Assembly: GCA_013265495.1 (NCBI GenBank)
Contig: MU061578.1
Location: 4,723,308 to 4,787,307, forward strand
Direction of reading: 5' to 3'
DNA from: Vicugna vicugna
Taxonomy: Eukaryota
Length of the DNA: 64,000 nucleotides
Below the pieces are notes generated by a model that was given only the letters and a program-made list of their open reading frames with translations, ran no database searches and was not told the DNA's origin. The position numbers and the translations under genes were made by a program. Shown in pieces: positions 41,277 through 52,559 of this stretch (its first letter is position 1; the number at the start of each line of letters is the position of its first letter).

Positions 41277-42655
41277 CATGGGTGCCTGCAGGGTCCCAGT
41301 GGGCTGGGCTGAGGCAGGGCGCGAGGACCCTGAGTGCCCTGCCCACACCTGCCTGGCTGAGTACAGAGAAGATGGGGCACAGACTTAAGGTGTTTAGAGG
41401 AGATGTGAGAGTGTAAATACAGAGTTTTTGGTTGCTTTACAATAAAACATGGAAACCCGCCGCTTGTGATGTTGCGGCAGTGGCAGCCTTGGGGGCTGGT
41501 GCCACTGCCCTGGCAGGTTCCCCTCTGGCAGCCACTGCATGCCCAGGCCACTCTATACTCTAGTGTCTGTCACCCCACCCAGGGCTGCCCACGGGGCTGG
41601 CGGCACCTTGGCGGTGCGTGGGTGTCATTGGCATGTGGACAGGCAGCCTCCTGCAACTGCCCTGCCCAGCTGGAGCTGTGACCCCAACCTCCTTGAGTCC
41701 TGCCGAGGTAGGGGGGAGGGGGTGCTGCTTCTCAGCCTCCAACCCTGGGGCTGCGCTGGGGCTGAGGAATGAGGCTGGACAACCAGGAGCCTTGGCTTTT
41801 TACCCTGAGGGGATGGGTAGGAGATATGGGGCAGGAGGTATGGGGCTGGTCTTTCCTGCCTGTGCTGCCTTGTTTCCCTGAGGGGGTGCAGCTTGAGGAG
41901 GGAGATTCTGGGTGACCTAGTTTCTCCAGGGCGGGATGAGAGCAAGGCCTGGACCATGGGCATGGCTGGTTGGTCCTCTTTCCCAGTCCTGATGCAGCTT
42001 GTGGGCAGACAGGGCCTTCTGAGTCTGTTCTGACAGGCATGGGGGCAGCAGAGCAGTCTCAGGGTGGATGTCCTGCTGCCTTGTCCTGGGGTGAGGGTAG
42101 GGGTGGGGGTGGGGTCTCCCTGGAAATGGGAGCTGGGACTTACAGTGTCCAAATTAGTGGAGGGGGCGGGACCCAGCACAGTCTGGCTCCTCCCTGGACC
42201 AGGGCTTCAAATTACCACCAAGTTGGGGTGCCAGCGCTGCTGCTGGACCGAGCCCTTGAAGTCTGTTCACTCTCAGCCTGGACCTCAGATCTTCACTGGG
42301 ACCCAGATCCTGAGCCTCTGACAGGCCTATCCACATCCCTCAGGTGAGTCTGGGGGTGGGGCTGAGCTGGGTTGGGGGTGCTAGATGGGAATGGGGTCTT
42401 AATATTTGGGCCTCAGTTTTCCCATGGAGTAGGATGGTCATGGGCGGAGAGCCAAGCCTATCACCCTGGGGAGACTGGAGAGCAGCACGGGAAGGATGTG
42501 CCCTCGTACCAGCCAGCAATGGGTGGCAGAACCTGTCCAGTCCCCCATTCCCCTGAGCCCCCGCAGCTGGGTCAGAGAGGAGTGGGCTGATGTGTCCAAC
42601 TCCAAATCTGCGCTCAAGCGGGCTGTGTCTGTCCTAAGCTGGCCCACTCTGTACC

Positions 42656-44364
42656 ATGGACAGCGGGCCCCTGGCCTTACTGACAGCGCTCTGGGCGCTG
42701 AGGGCCTCTGGAGTTGCGGCGCTGCGCATCGGAGCTTTCAATATCCAGAGCTTCGGCGACAGCAAAGTGTCAGACCCAGCCTGCGGCAGCGTCATCGCTC
42801 AAGTGAGGCCGGGGACCCTGGGCGGGGTCGCAGCTGGGCTCTGGGGCGAATCTTCCTTGAGTGACCCCGCACCTGCCGGCCCCTCCCCTAGATCCTGGCT
42901 GGCTATGACGTTATGCTCGTGCAGGAGGTGCGAGACCCCGACCTGAGCGCCGTGTACGCGCTCATGGAGCAGATCAACAGGTGTGGTGGGTAGGGCCCTG
43001 CGTTGGGAGCCCAGGACAGGATCCCAGGTCTCGGCGCGATGCCCTGACTCCGGGTCTCGACGGTATCTCCGCAGCGTGTCCAAACATGAGTACAACTTCG
43101 TGAGCAGCGAGCCCTTGGGTCGGGACCAGTACAAGGAAATGTACCTGTTCGTCTACAGGTGAGGGGCGGGGCCGCGGGGGTGGGGCGCGCGGGGCACCGG
43201 GGGCCGCTCAGCGACCTCACCCACCCTCTGCCCCCAGGAAGGACGCGGTGTCGGTCGTGGAGACGTACCAGTACCCGGACCCGGAGGATGCCTTCAGTCG
43301 TGAACCTTTCGTGGTCAAGTTCTCAGCACCTGGCTCTGGTGAGGCACCGACCCATGCTGGCCCCGCCCCCCCGCGGGCCCCGCCCCAACCCCTGACGCCC
43401 ACATACTCCCGCAGCTGCCAAGAAGTTGGTGCTGATTCCGCTGCATGCCGCACCGCACCAGGCCGTGGCCGAGATTGACGCGCTCTACGACGTGTACCTG
43501 GACGTGATCGACAAGTGGGGCAACGACGTAAGCCCCTGCGGCCGCATGGCCCCGCCCTGCCTCCAGGGTCCCGGGTTCCCGAAGGCGCGCGCTGGCGATT
43601 GGCCCGCCCCTCCAGCAGGCTCAGGCCCTGCTCTGTGGTCCCCCGCAGGACATGCTGTTTCTGGGCGATTTTAACGCTGACTGCAAATACGTGCGGGCTC
43701 AGGACTGGGCGGTCATCCGCCTGCGCAGCAGCGAAGTCTTCAAGTGGCTCATCCCCGACAGCGCCGACACCACGGTGGGCAACTCAGACTGTGCCTACGA
43801 TCGCATCGTGCTCTGTGGCGCCCACCTGCGCAGTAGCCTGAAGCCCATGTCGGCTGCTGTCCACGACTTTCAGGAAGAATTTGGCCTGGACCAGGCTCAG
43901 GTGAGTGCTGGCTGGGTCCGGCAGGGGTGAGGGGAGCACAGGGTCCTGGGGTCCCAAGGCCGCGGCTGGGCCCAACCTCAGTGCACCCTGCGCACCCCTC
44001 CCTGCACTAGCGTTTCTAGAAAAGACCGTCAGTGGTTCAGTTCTGGCTGAATGGAACAAACCTGGGATGGCGCTGTAGGAAGCTCTTTGTCTCTCCGAAG
44101 TAGGGTCCCCAGTTGTACTCCCAACCCACCTACAGGTAACAGCTAGAGTGGACAGTCCAGTCCTCACCAGCTTTCCCCCCCGCCCCCATCCAGTGGTTTG
44201 TGGATACCCACTGGGCTCCATCCCGAGTTGAGGCAGTTTTCTAGGGTGAAGCGTGAGAGGGGACAGGCTGCTCAGCACAGCCTCTGAGGCTTGGCTCCTC
44301 CTCCCTCCAGGCCCTTGCTATCAGTGACCATTTTCCTGTGGAGGTGACCTTCAAGTCCCACTGA
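42656..44364 (+). CDS. DNASE1L2: Deoxyribonuclease 1-like 2 (short form), 279 aa, intact
   Basis: Exons 42656-42802, 42892-42980, 43075-43158, 43238-43338, 43415-43527, 43649-43900, 44311-44364 total 840 nt; signal peptide then LRIGAFNIQSFG; motifs PLHAAP, LGDFNADC, CAYDRIV, SDHFPVE. Confidence 0.96.
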
Positions 44365-44494
44365 CAGCTCTGAGGCCTGGCCAGAGCACGACGCCTGCAG
44401 ACTCTGGCCACAAGCAACTGTCTGACAAGAGTTCCTTCAGGGTGGCTAGCCAACCCCAGCAAGGCTGAAGGGCAGGGTCAGCAGGGCCTGGAAA

Positions 44495-44615
44495 AGTGAT
44501 GTGACCACTTGGAACCTCTTTCCCCATCTATGAAATGGGCTGCACCACCTACCTCATAGGGTTGTGAGAAGCACCTTGTAGAGTGCTGGGGACACAGCTG
44601 AGCTCAATAAATACT
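44495..44615 (+). mobile_element. MIR remnant in the DNASE1L2 3' UTR ending in AATAAA (44606-44611)
   Basis: tttccccatctatgaaatggg...cctacctcatagggttgtgag...gctcaataaata matches the MIR core and tail as remembered. Confidence 0.65.
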
Positions 44616-45011
44616 CAGCCAAGACCACACACCTGTCAGCTCCGATGCCTCATGTCATTTCTTAGGACTCAGCCCTTCTGGGGCACAAACCTTGGTCCTG
44701 CAGTTCAGTGGGTCTCTGGTCCCAGCCCCCTTAGAGGACAGGGACAGCCAGCCCTGTCCATTCCACATCCTGCTGGGTACAGCCAACTCCAGACCAGGCT
44801 GGCTCCAGAAGGCAGCTCGTGTGCTCACTGGTTGTTCTTTGTTTCTGCAAACTGCTTTCAAGAACTTGTACTAAACCAGCAGTTTAAATGAAGCCTTAAG
44901 CAAATTTTGTATTATCATCCTCACTTAATAATGAAGTAGATGTTACATAATTGCCAGCAAGAAGTAAGTGTCCAGACAGTATATGTTTAGATGGTGGGGG
45001 TGTGTGTGTGT

Positions 45012-45220
45012 GTTGGGAAATTACTGCCCACAGACGAAATGCAGCCCACCACCTGCTTCTGTATGGCCTGTGAGCCAGGAGTGATCTTTTACACTGTTAA
45101 ACAGTTAAAAAAAAATCCAAAGGAGACTCCTATTTCGTGACATATGAAAATTATATGAAATTCAAATTTTGGTGTCCGTTAATAAAGTTGATTGGCTCTC
45201 AGCCAGGCTCATTTGCTTAA
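45012..45220. mobile_element. MER58-like hAT DNA transposon remnant
   Basis: cagcccaccacctgcttctgtatggcctgtgagc...tgacatatgaaaattatatgaaattcaaattt...aataaagtt; a related copy lies at ~47755-48040. Confidence 0.6.
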
Positions 45221-46298
45221 AAAAAAATTGTACTGAGGGCAGCAGGGGATAAGTGCTCACACACTCTCACACATGTAGGGTTGATGTACAAAGCCAACCT
45301 CCAGGCCCTGCTGTTCCCCCTATAGCCCCAATTCCCAGGCCTGCAGGACCCTTCAGGCACTTGTTTATGTCAGGGTCCTGCCACACCCAGCGCTGCAGTC
45401 CTTGGGGAGGTCAGGAAGGCTGGCCCCTGCCCTCAGCTGGTCAGCAGCCCAGGGACATTTGGAGAGCCCCCTTAGTGGAGAGCAGGTGGATTGGGTTAAG
45501 GTCCTGCCCATAGAACCCAAACAGCGCACAGTGGTTCAACCCCTTCAAAGGTGCCTCCCTGGTAGGTTCCTCCTCAGGAGCCCTGGGCAAGGCAAGGACT
45601 TATCAGGGAGAACAGTGGCCTCTTCCTTGGGTAAGCCCAACACCTGAGGATTGGGAATAAGCAGAGCTGGGGTACACAGTGTAACTGACAGAAGCCCCAT
45701 GAGGTTTCTGGTTTTCAAAGCATCTCGACTTCGGCAGGATTTGAGAGCCGATCTGAATTGTACGGGAGAGGAAAACTTTTGTTTCAAGAGTTTAGACAAG
45801 CTTCTCTTGCTAGCTCTTTCTAAAATAAGATTTAGGATGCTTGTAATGTAAAATGCTTCACAAGGAATGCCTCCCTCACCTCAGTTCCTCTGAAATTTGT
45901 ACATGCCTTCCATCCAAACACACCAAACATGGCTGCCCAAGGGCTTTTCCCTGTGTCGGGGGTGTGGGTGGGGGTCATGTGTGGCTTGTTAGGGCCCACA
46001 ACTGCCTGGCCTTATGCCTCTAGCAATCAGGCATCCCACCAGCCGAGAACTTTATTCTGCTTTGGCAAAGGAGACACTCAGGGGTGACATTGTTGAGGTC
46101 GAGAATGGCCCCACTTGTCAGGTTATGATTCCCAGATCGAGACACTGCTTGCCAGTTGTGCCCCTCTGCCCACCTGCCAGGCACAAAAGGCACTCGTGGG
46201 TGGTGGCGTGTTTTGGGACTATGGCTACGAGGCACTGGGCCTTCTTGGAAGATCAGCAAAACAAAGAGCTGAAAGTACTTTTAAATGGAAAATACCTT

Positions 46299-46545
46299 TT
46301 TTTTTTTTAAGTGAAAGAAAGTTTATTTAGAGATACACACTCCATGGGCAGAGTGGGGTCTGTCTCACTCAGAAGGGAAAGCAGCTTAGGAGATACAAAC
46401 TCCATCGGCAGAATGCGGGCCATCTCAGAAAGGTGAGAGGGAGAGAGACCGAGAGGTGTGAGGGTGTCTAGTTTAAAGTAAAGGTAGATACACGCTCCGT
46501 AGACAGAGTGCGGGCCGTCTCAGAAGACAAGACAAGAGAGCGACC
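46299..46545 (-). mobile_element. Polyadenylated LTR-derived retroposed sequence with 16-bp TSD in the ECI1 3' UTR
   Basis: TSD AAATGGAAAATACCTT at 46283-46298 and 46546-46561; T-run 46297-46308; AATAAA on minus at 46322-46327; three copies of a ~40-nt motif shared with the LTR at 47260-47470. Confidence 0.85.
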
Positions 46546-46949
46546 AAATGGAAAATACCTTATTTAAAATCCCTTGGAACCACAGGAGAGGGCATACAGC
46601 TAAGAGCCCTGCGTGGGCAGCCCAGCCCTTAGCCTTTTATTTGCTTGAGTTTTTCTAAGTAGGTCTTCAGGGACTTATGGATGGAGTCCCTGGAGATGAT
46701 GCTAATGACATACTGGATGTCAGTGTCATGCTGCTTCAGCAGGCGGTCTGCAGTGGGCTTTTGCATCATGTTCTTGGTCAGCTGTCGAGTGTGATCTAAG
46801 GAAAATGGGGTCCCCGGGTAAAGACCCACAATCTGGGACAGTGGCATCATTCCCAGCCCTGCCAAGAGAATTCCTGTTGGAACTCTGGTAGAAAGCTTAG
46901 AAAATACAGAGTAAGGAAGGAGAAGAAAATGAAAATCATCTGTTTCCTA

Positions 46950-47554
46950 CTGAGACACATGGCATAACCATTAAAAGAACTACACAGCAATTAGCACCAA
47001 GATGGAGGAAGAGTCAACTCCCAGTAGACCTTGAGCATCATTATATGCTTAGTGTAATATATTAACATGCTAAATGATACTTCCATAGGCGCCATGAAAA
47101 TTTCAAGGTTTATCATAAAAGGTCAAAAAGTGGGTGATGGCCCAATTCTTGGGAATCCCAGCTCCTTCTCCAAAGTAGTTGGAATAGCCCTCCCACTTAT
47201 TAACATATGAAGTTACTGAGCCCATTAAAAACTAACAACCCTGCAACTCGTGGCCTTTCTTTTGCCTTTTGAGAAGGCTCCCATTCTGTCTGTGGAATGT
47301 GTATCTCTTGCCTTCAGAGACAGCATGCCCTCTGTCTATGGAGTGTGTATCTACTTATACTTTAAACTAAACTCCACCCCCCACCCTCCACCTCATGGAT
47401 TTTCTGGCTTTCTGACATGGCCTGCACTTGGTCTATGGAGTATGCATCTCTCTGAATAAACCTACTTTTACTCAACTACGGCTCACTCTTTAATTCCTTC
47501 CTGCACAAAGCCAAGCACTTGAGGGGAGTCCATCCCAGGGACTTGCCTGGAACA
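46950..47554 (+). mobile_element. Solo ERV LTR in ECI1 intron 6
   Basis: TG...CA bounded ~600 bp; TATA-like ATTAAAA at ~47224, AATAAA at 47455-47460, U5-like tail; interrupts an older L1-like tract. TSD not resolved. Confidence 0.7.
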
Positions 47555-48109
47555 TGTCCATCCTCCCCCTCCCCATTTTTCCTGTATCACTACAATCCAT
47601 GGATTTGTTTTAAAAACATACAGGATGATACTGTAAAAACTGCCTTCTTAACCTATTATTTTCACTCATCTGTATTGTTGAGAATATTTTCCATGTTGCT
47701 AAATATTCTTTTACAACATAATTAATGGCTGCACGGTATTCAATCATTTGTGTAAGGCATTGGCAAATATGGCCCCCTGTGGCTCAAGAAGGAAGAATGG
47801 TCTTTACATTTTCATATAGATGAAAAAAAATCTTAGGGTGACATTTTGTGACATGTGACAATTACATGAAATTCAGAATTCAGTGGCCTGGCTTTATTGG
47901 AACACCGACACATTTGTTAGTTCCTGTACACTGAGGCTTCCCTCACGCTCCAGCGCCACAGCTGTGGTGGAGACGGTGTGACCCATAGAGCTGCAAATCT
48001 CCCTGGCTCTTTATAAACAGTCTTCTCACCCCTGGTCTCCATGATGGTTGATACAAGCAGCCCTATTTCTAGACACAGACACCCAGGCTGTTCCCAATTG
48101 TCTGTTTGT

Positions 48110-48650
48110 AGACTGAATAGTGGACCCCAAAATGATATGTCCAAGTGGCCTTATTAGGAAAAGGGTCTTTGCAATGGGTCTAGGTCCAGTGATAGGTGTC
48201 CTTAAAAGGAGAGGAAGATTTGAGACATAGAGACACTCAGAGGGCATGTGAAACGTGAAGACAGAGACAGGGTTTGGAGCAATGCAGCCACAAGCCAAGG
48301 AAAGCCAGGAGGCCCCAGAAGCTGGAAGAGGCAGGGAGAAGCCTCCCCTGGAGCCTCTGCAGTGAGAAAGGCCCTGCCTGCACTCTGACTTTAGCCTTCT
48401 GGCCTAGAGACTGTGAGAGAATGCATTTCTGTAGTTTGTTTTTTTAGGTGTGGGAGGGAGGTAATTAGGTTGATTTATTTACTTTTTTGTTTTTTAAGAG
48501 GCGGTACTGGGGAATTGAACCCAGGACCTCATAGGGCATGCACTCTACCACTTTGAGCTATTCCCTTCCCCCTGCATTCCTGTAGTTTTAAGCACCCCCA
48601 TCCTAACTCTCTGTCTTGTGATAATCTGTTACCTTGGCCTCAGAACTCTA
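48110..48650 (+). mobile_element. MLT1 (MaLR) LTR with a nested SINE
   Basis: ccccaaaatgatatgtcc; ggaaaagggtctttgcaa; gccaaggaaagccagg; gaagctggaagaggcaggga; gactgtgagagaatgcatttctgtagttt. Confidence 0.75.
48438..48572 (-). mobile_element. tRNA-derived SINE (Vic-1-like) inserted in MLT1
   Basis: GGTACTGGGGAATTGAACCCAGG...CTCTACCACTTTGAGCTATTCCCTTCCCC; near-perfect TSD TGCATTTCTGTAGTTT / TGCATTCCTGTAGTTT. Confidence 0.8.
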
Positions 48651-50809
48651 CAGTCTGCTACTGTGAAAGGCTCATTTGTGAATTACCTGAGAACTTTCTG
48701 TCTCAGCAGGAGCTTCCAGCTGGGAATGGGAGGGGCTCTGCTTGACCCACAGCCGTCGGCCCTCCCTGGGCTCCTCACCTGGAATGGCCATCCACTGGGC
48801 CATCGCCGAGAGCACTGTGCTCAGCACTTGGTCCTCAGGTACACCTGGTCCACCATGCCCACCTGGAGGGCCTCTGCCGGTGGGAGGAGCAACCCCAGCT
48901 GCAGGGCATGCTCGGTGGCACGGTGCCCGATGGTGTTTATGAGGGTGTCTTTTAACCTGGAATGGAGACACCCACTTACCACGGGCTCGGGGCTCCCTGA
49001 GAAGTGGGCACAGCCCCAGGGACAAGTGGAATGTGGGTGCAGCCCCCGGCCATACCAGAAGGGGATGATGATGCCCAGCAGGGTCACATTCAGCCCCATG
49101 AGGTACTTGGGGTTGTCACCCAGCACCCGGTAATCGCAGGTGAGAGATAGAGGCAGCCTCCGGCTGGGCAGGCTCCCTCAGGGGAAGCAAGATCAACGGG
49201 TCCAGGTGCTGCTGCGGCTGGTCCCAGTCGTGTTCCAGAAAGCCTAGGGCCCGAGGAATGCCCTTCAAGTGCATGTGAGCTCTTGGGATGCCTCCAGACC
49301 CTAGAGTTCTGCACTCATATAGTCTTTGGTGCTGTGTGCACACAATGGGGACCCAGGCTTGCCCATCAGCCTGAGGGCTGAGGGCACCGGCAGGGTCGCT
49401 GGCTATCAGGGCGGAACATCCCTCTTTTCTTAGCCTCACAACTGGGCAGCAAGCGGCCTTTCCACTCAAAACTCTTGTCTGTACCCTCAAACGCCAAGCA
49501 GGCATTTAGCCAGAGCTGTTACCTCTTGTCGTGCCCCACTGAGGACCTGCTGCCATCTCCAGCAGGAGGTCCTCAGAAGCCCAACCTCACTCTGCCCTGT
49601 CTCATGCACTCTGCTGCCCCAAAGAGAAGTGGCAGGTTGCTGTCAGCTGCCACTGCACCTCAGGGAGTCTTCCTGCCTCTGGCCATCCCTCCTCTCCACC
49701 CAGAGCAGGCCCTCCTCGCACCTCTGTGAGCCTGAGCCCTGCCCCTGCGTTGCCCAGGTTAGGCCAAAGTCACATTCCCAAAATGTGGATCTGATCCCCC
49801 ACACGCCCCTTCCCCCCACATCCCTCTTGCTGGGCCCTGTCGACCATGGGCCCTGGTCCCTCTGCACCTCCCACCCCCCAGTAACCTGGTCTGTAACGAC
49901 CTGTCCACCTCTGAGAGTCTCCCCGATTGCCTCTTTCCTCTCCAGAGGCTTCTTGAAGACAGGGCCACGCCCACCCCTCAGCCTAAGGAGCGAGTCATCC
50001 AGGCCCCTCGGGAAGGGGACACTCACATTGATGGCGGCAATCAGCACCAAGTTAGACAGGTAGTCGCAGCCACATCTCCTGCACAGCCTTCCAAAACTCC
50101 GCGTAGTGGGCTGGGTTCTTTCCACACAACTCCGTCAGGTCCAGGCCAGCTGAGAAGACCCCAGGGCAGTCCTAGGGAAGTAAGGGTGCCCCAGGAAGCT
50201 GCTGCCAAGTTTGCACAGGGTCCATCTTTCCTGAAGCAGTGTGGGCTCAAGGTTATCCCTGCAAAAGTGTCACCTGCCCTCACCTAAGTTCTGGCCCAGG
50301 GTATGGAATCTGAGCCTTGCCCCAGGGCCTGACCCCACAACCCCATGGGCCTGGGAAGCAGCCTGGGACAGAGTCACCAGTCTCCTGCTGGAGAACCATC
50401 TGCCCAGGTCCCCCTGGAGCTACAAGGCGACCCCTGGAGGCCTCTTGTGGTGGCACCTGTGTCTGGGGCTGCCCAAATATTCAACACCACGTGAAGTGTG
50501 TAGGATGGTTTCTGAGTTGGGACTTGGATCAGAGGACTTGGGCCCCGGGGGAGCTCCGGAGCACCCATCGAAGTCAGGAGGATGCCTTGGAAGGTCTTGT
50601 CATTCTCCAGTTTCTCCAGACTGATGACTAACTCTGTCAGCAGCTCAAGGCTGAGGCTGTTCACTGGGGGGCTCTTGAGCTTCAGTACAGTGACCCCTGG
50701 TTTGAAAATGAAGAGGACAAAGCTCATGCCTAGCACTGGAAAGGTGCTCCCAGTCATCCTGCATCCTCAGCCTGGCCATGGGAAGCTACACAGTTTGGGT
50801 TTTTTTTAA

Positions 50810-51285
50810 AAGGGAGGTGAGATTCACCTAGCAAATTAGCAATTTAAAAGTGAACAGTTCAGGTCGACTAAATACATTCACAATGTTGCACAACCACCAC
50901 TATCTACTTGTAGAACATGTCCATCAGCACAAAGGAAACCCCGTACCCATCAACAGTTGCCCTTCCTCCTGCCCCAGCCCCTGGCCATCACTAGTCTCCT
51001 TTCTGTTCCTATGGATTTGTCTGTTGTGGACACTTCACATACATGGACTCACCTATGGGAACTTATGTGTTTGCCTTCTTTCACTTCACGTTTTCAAGTT
51101 TCATCCTTGCAGCAGCATGAGTCAGTGCTTCCTTCCTTCGTAGGGTCAAAGGACATTCCACTGTACACGTGGAGCACATTCTGTTTATCCATTCGTGTGC
51201 TCATGGACACTTGGGTTGGTTCCACCTTTTGGCTATTGTGAATAATGCTGCTGTGAACATTCAGGTACAAATTTCTGTTGATCTT
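50810..51285 (-). mobile_element. Old L1 (L1MB-like) 3' fragment in ECI1 intron 2
   Basis: acattcacaatgttgcacaaccaccact; ggacacttgggttggttccaccttttggctattgtgaataatgctgctgtgaacatt. Confidence 0.8.
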
Positions 51286-52559
51286 TTTCTCTCAAATTTA
51301 AGTCCTATATCCTCATGGGAATAGGAAATGGCCTTAGTTTTCTTGAGGAGGACATGAACAAATTCTTAGAACCAGATGTGCAGGGGAGCTCTAGTGGGGT
51401 GCTCTGGTTCAGGCCTGTTTAAGAAAGGACTGAGGGTAAAGGGGTCAGATGTTCTCACACTCTCCACCGTCCAAACATCCATTTTGCCAGCAGCAGGGAA
51501 AGCAGGGGCGACAGGGCCTGCCCTTGTGGACAGTGCAGCTGCTGGCCTGGGCTGGCCAGGGCCATCTGTTCTCACTGCCTGGCCTAAGGACTGACCTCAA
51601 GTGATTCAGAGACGCCACTGTTCATTTAGGGTGCATTTCCCTGGTCGGGGTCTTGCAAATCTCTGGATGGTCAACACAACCCATTCTCTAGGAATGAGAA
51701 TTAAGTCCTGCAGGCAAAATGGCTCTTCTGAGACTTTTGATTTATGAGGAAGAGGTAGTTATTAACTGGCTACAGGTATGTACATATAAGCAATCAAAAC
51801 TTTCAGAAGTGAGCTCCCCAAACTTGGTTCTGAGGGGAGTTTCTGACGCTGATTCTGGATTTTTGCAGAGCTTGGTGAGGCTGACTCCAGGACACTGGGG
51901 GGAAGGTAAAGAGGCTGAAGGTGAACAGAAGTTAATCAAGAATTTGGATGGACTTGGACATCACGAGGTAGACAACTGCATCCCTGGCTCAGGGTAGGTA
52001 TAAAATAAGTGTTTCTCGAATGGAATGTTGAACATCATCTTACATCAGCTGCAGTAACAGGACTTTAGCCCTAAATGAAAACATTTTTAAAAAGCACTTT
52101 TAGTCCATTAATTCATCCAAGCCTCAAGATGCCTGAAGGCTACCTGGGTCTGGCAGTGAGGACACAACCAGGCAGATTTGGCTTTCTGAGCTCAAACTTA
52201 ACCTCCCACCACGGTAAGCCAGCAAAGCTAGTGAATTCTTCCCTGGTGAGGGGGAAGCACTTTGGTAACAAATTATCTAGCCGGTAATTTTTTTTCTTGC
52301 TTACATAACAAAGTTTACTCTTTCAACCGTTTTGAAGTGTACAACTCAGTGGTATTTAGTCATAACGTCGTGCAACCATCATCACCATCCAACACTTTTA
52401 AAATCTGTTTTTGCATTTTTTCATGTCTATCGAAATCTATCATAGAAATGATCCTTTCAGAAACTCAGGTTTTCATGGGACTCGTCAATGGGACCAACGT
52501 GGGCCCCTCATCACCTGCCTTCGGCGGCCACGAGAGGGGCTGAACAGGAGAACTGAATC

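Noticed and set aside
49149..50063. The -2 and -1 ECI1 deletions as mutually compensating frameshifts
   Set aside because: A TAA follows within three codons of the first deletion, and the upstream nonsense and donor lesions exist regardless.
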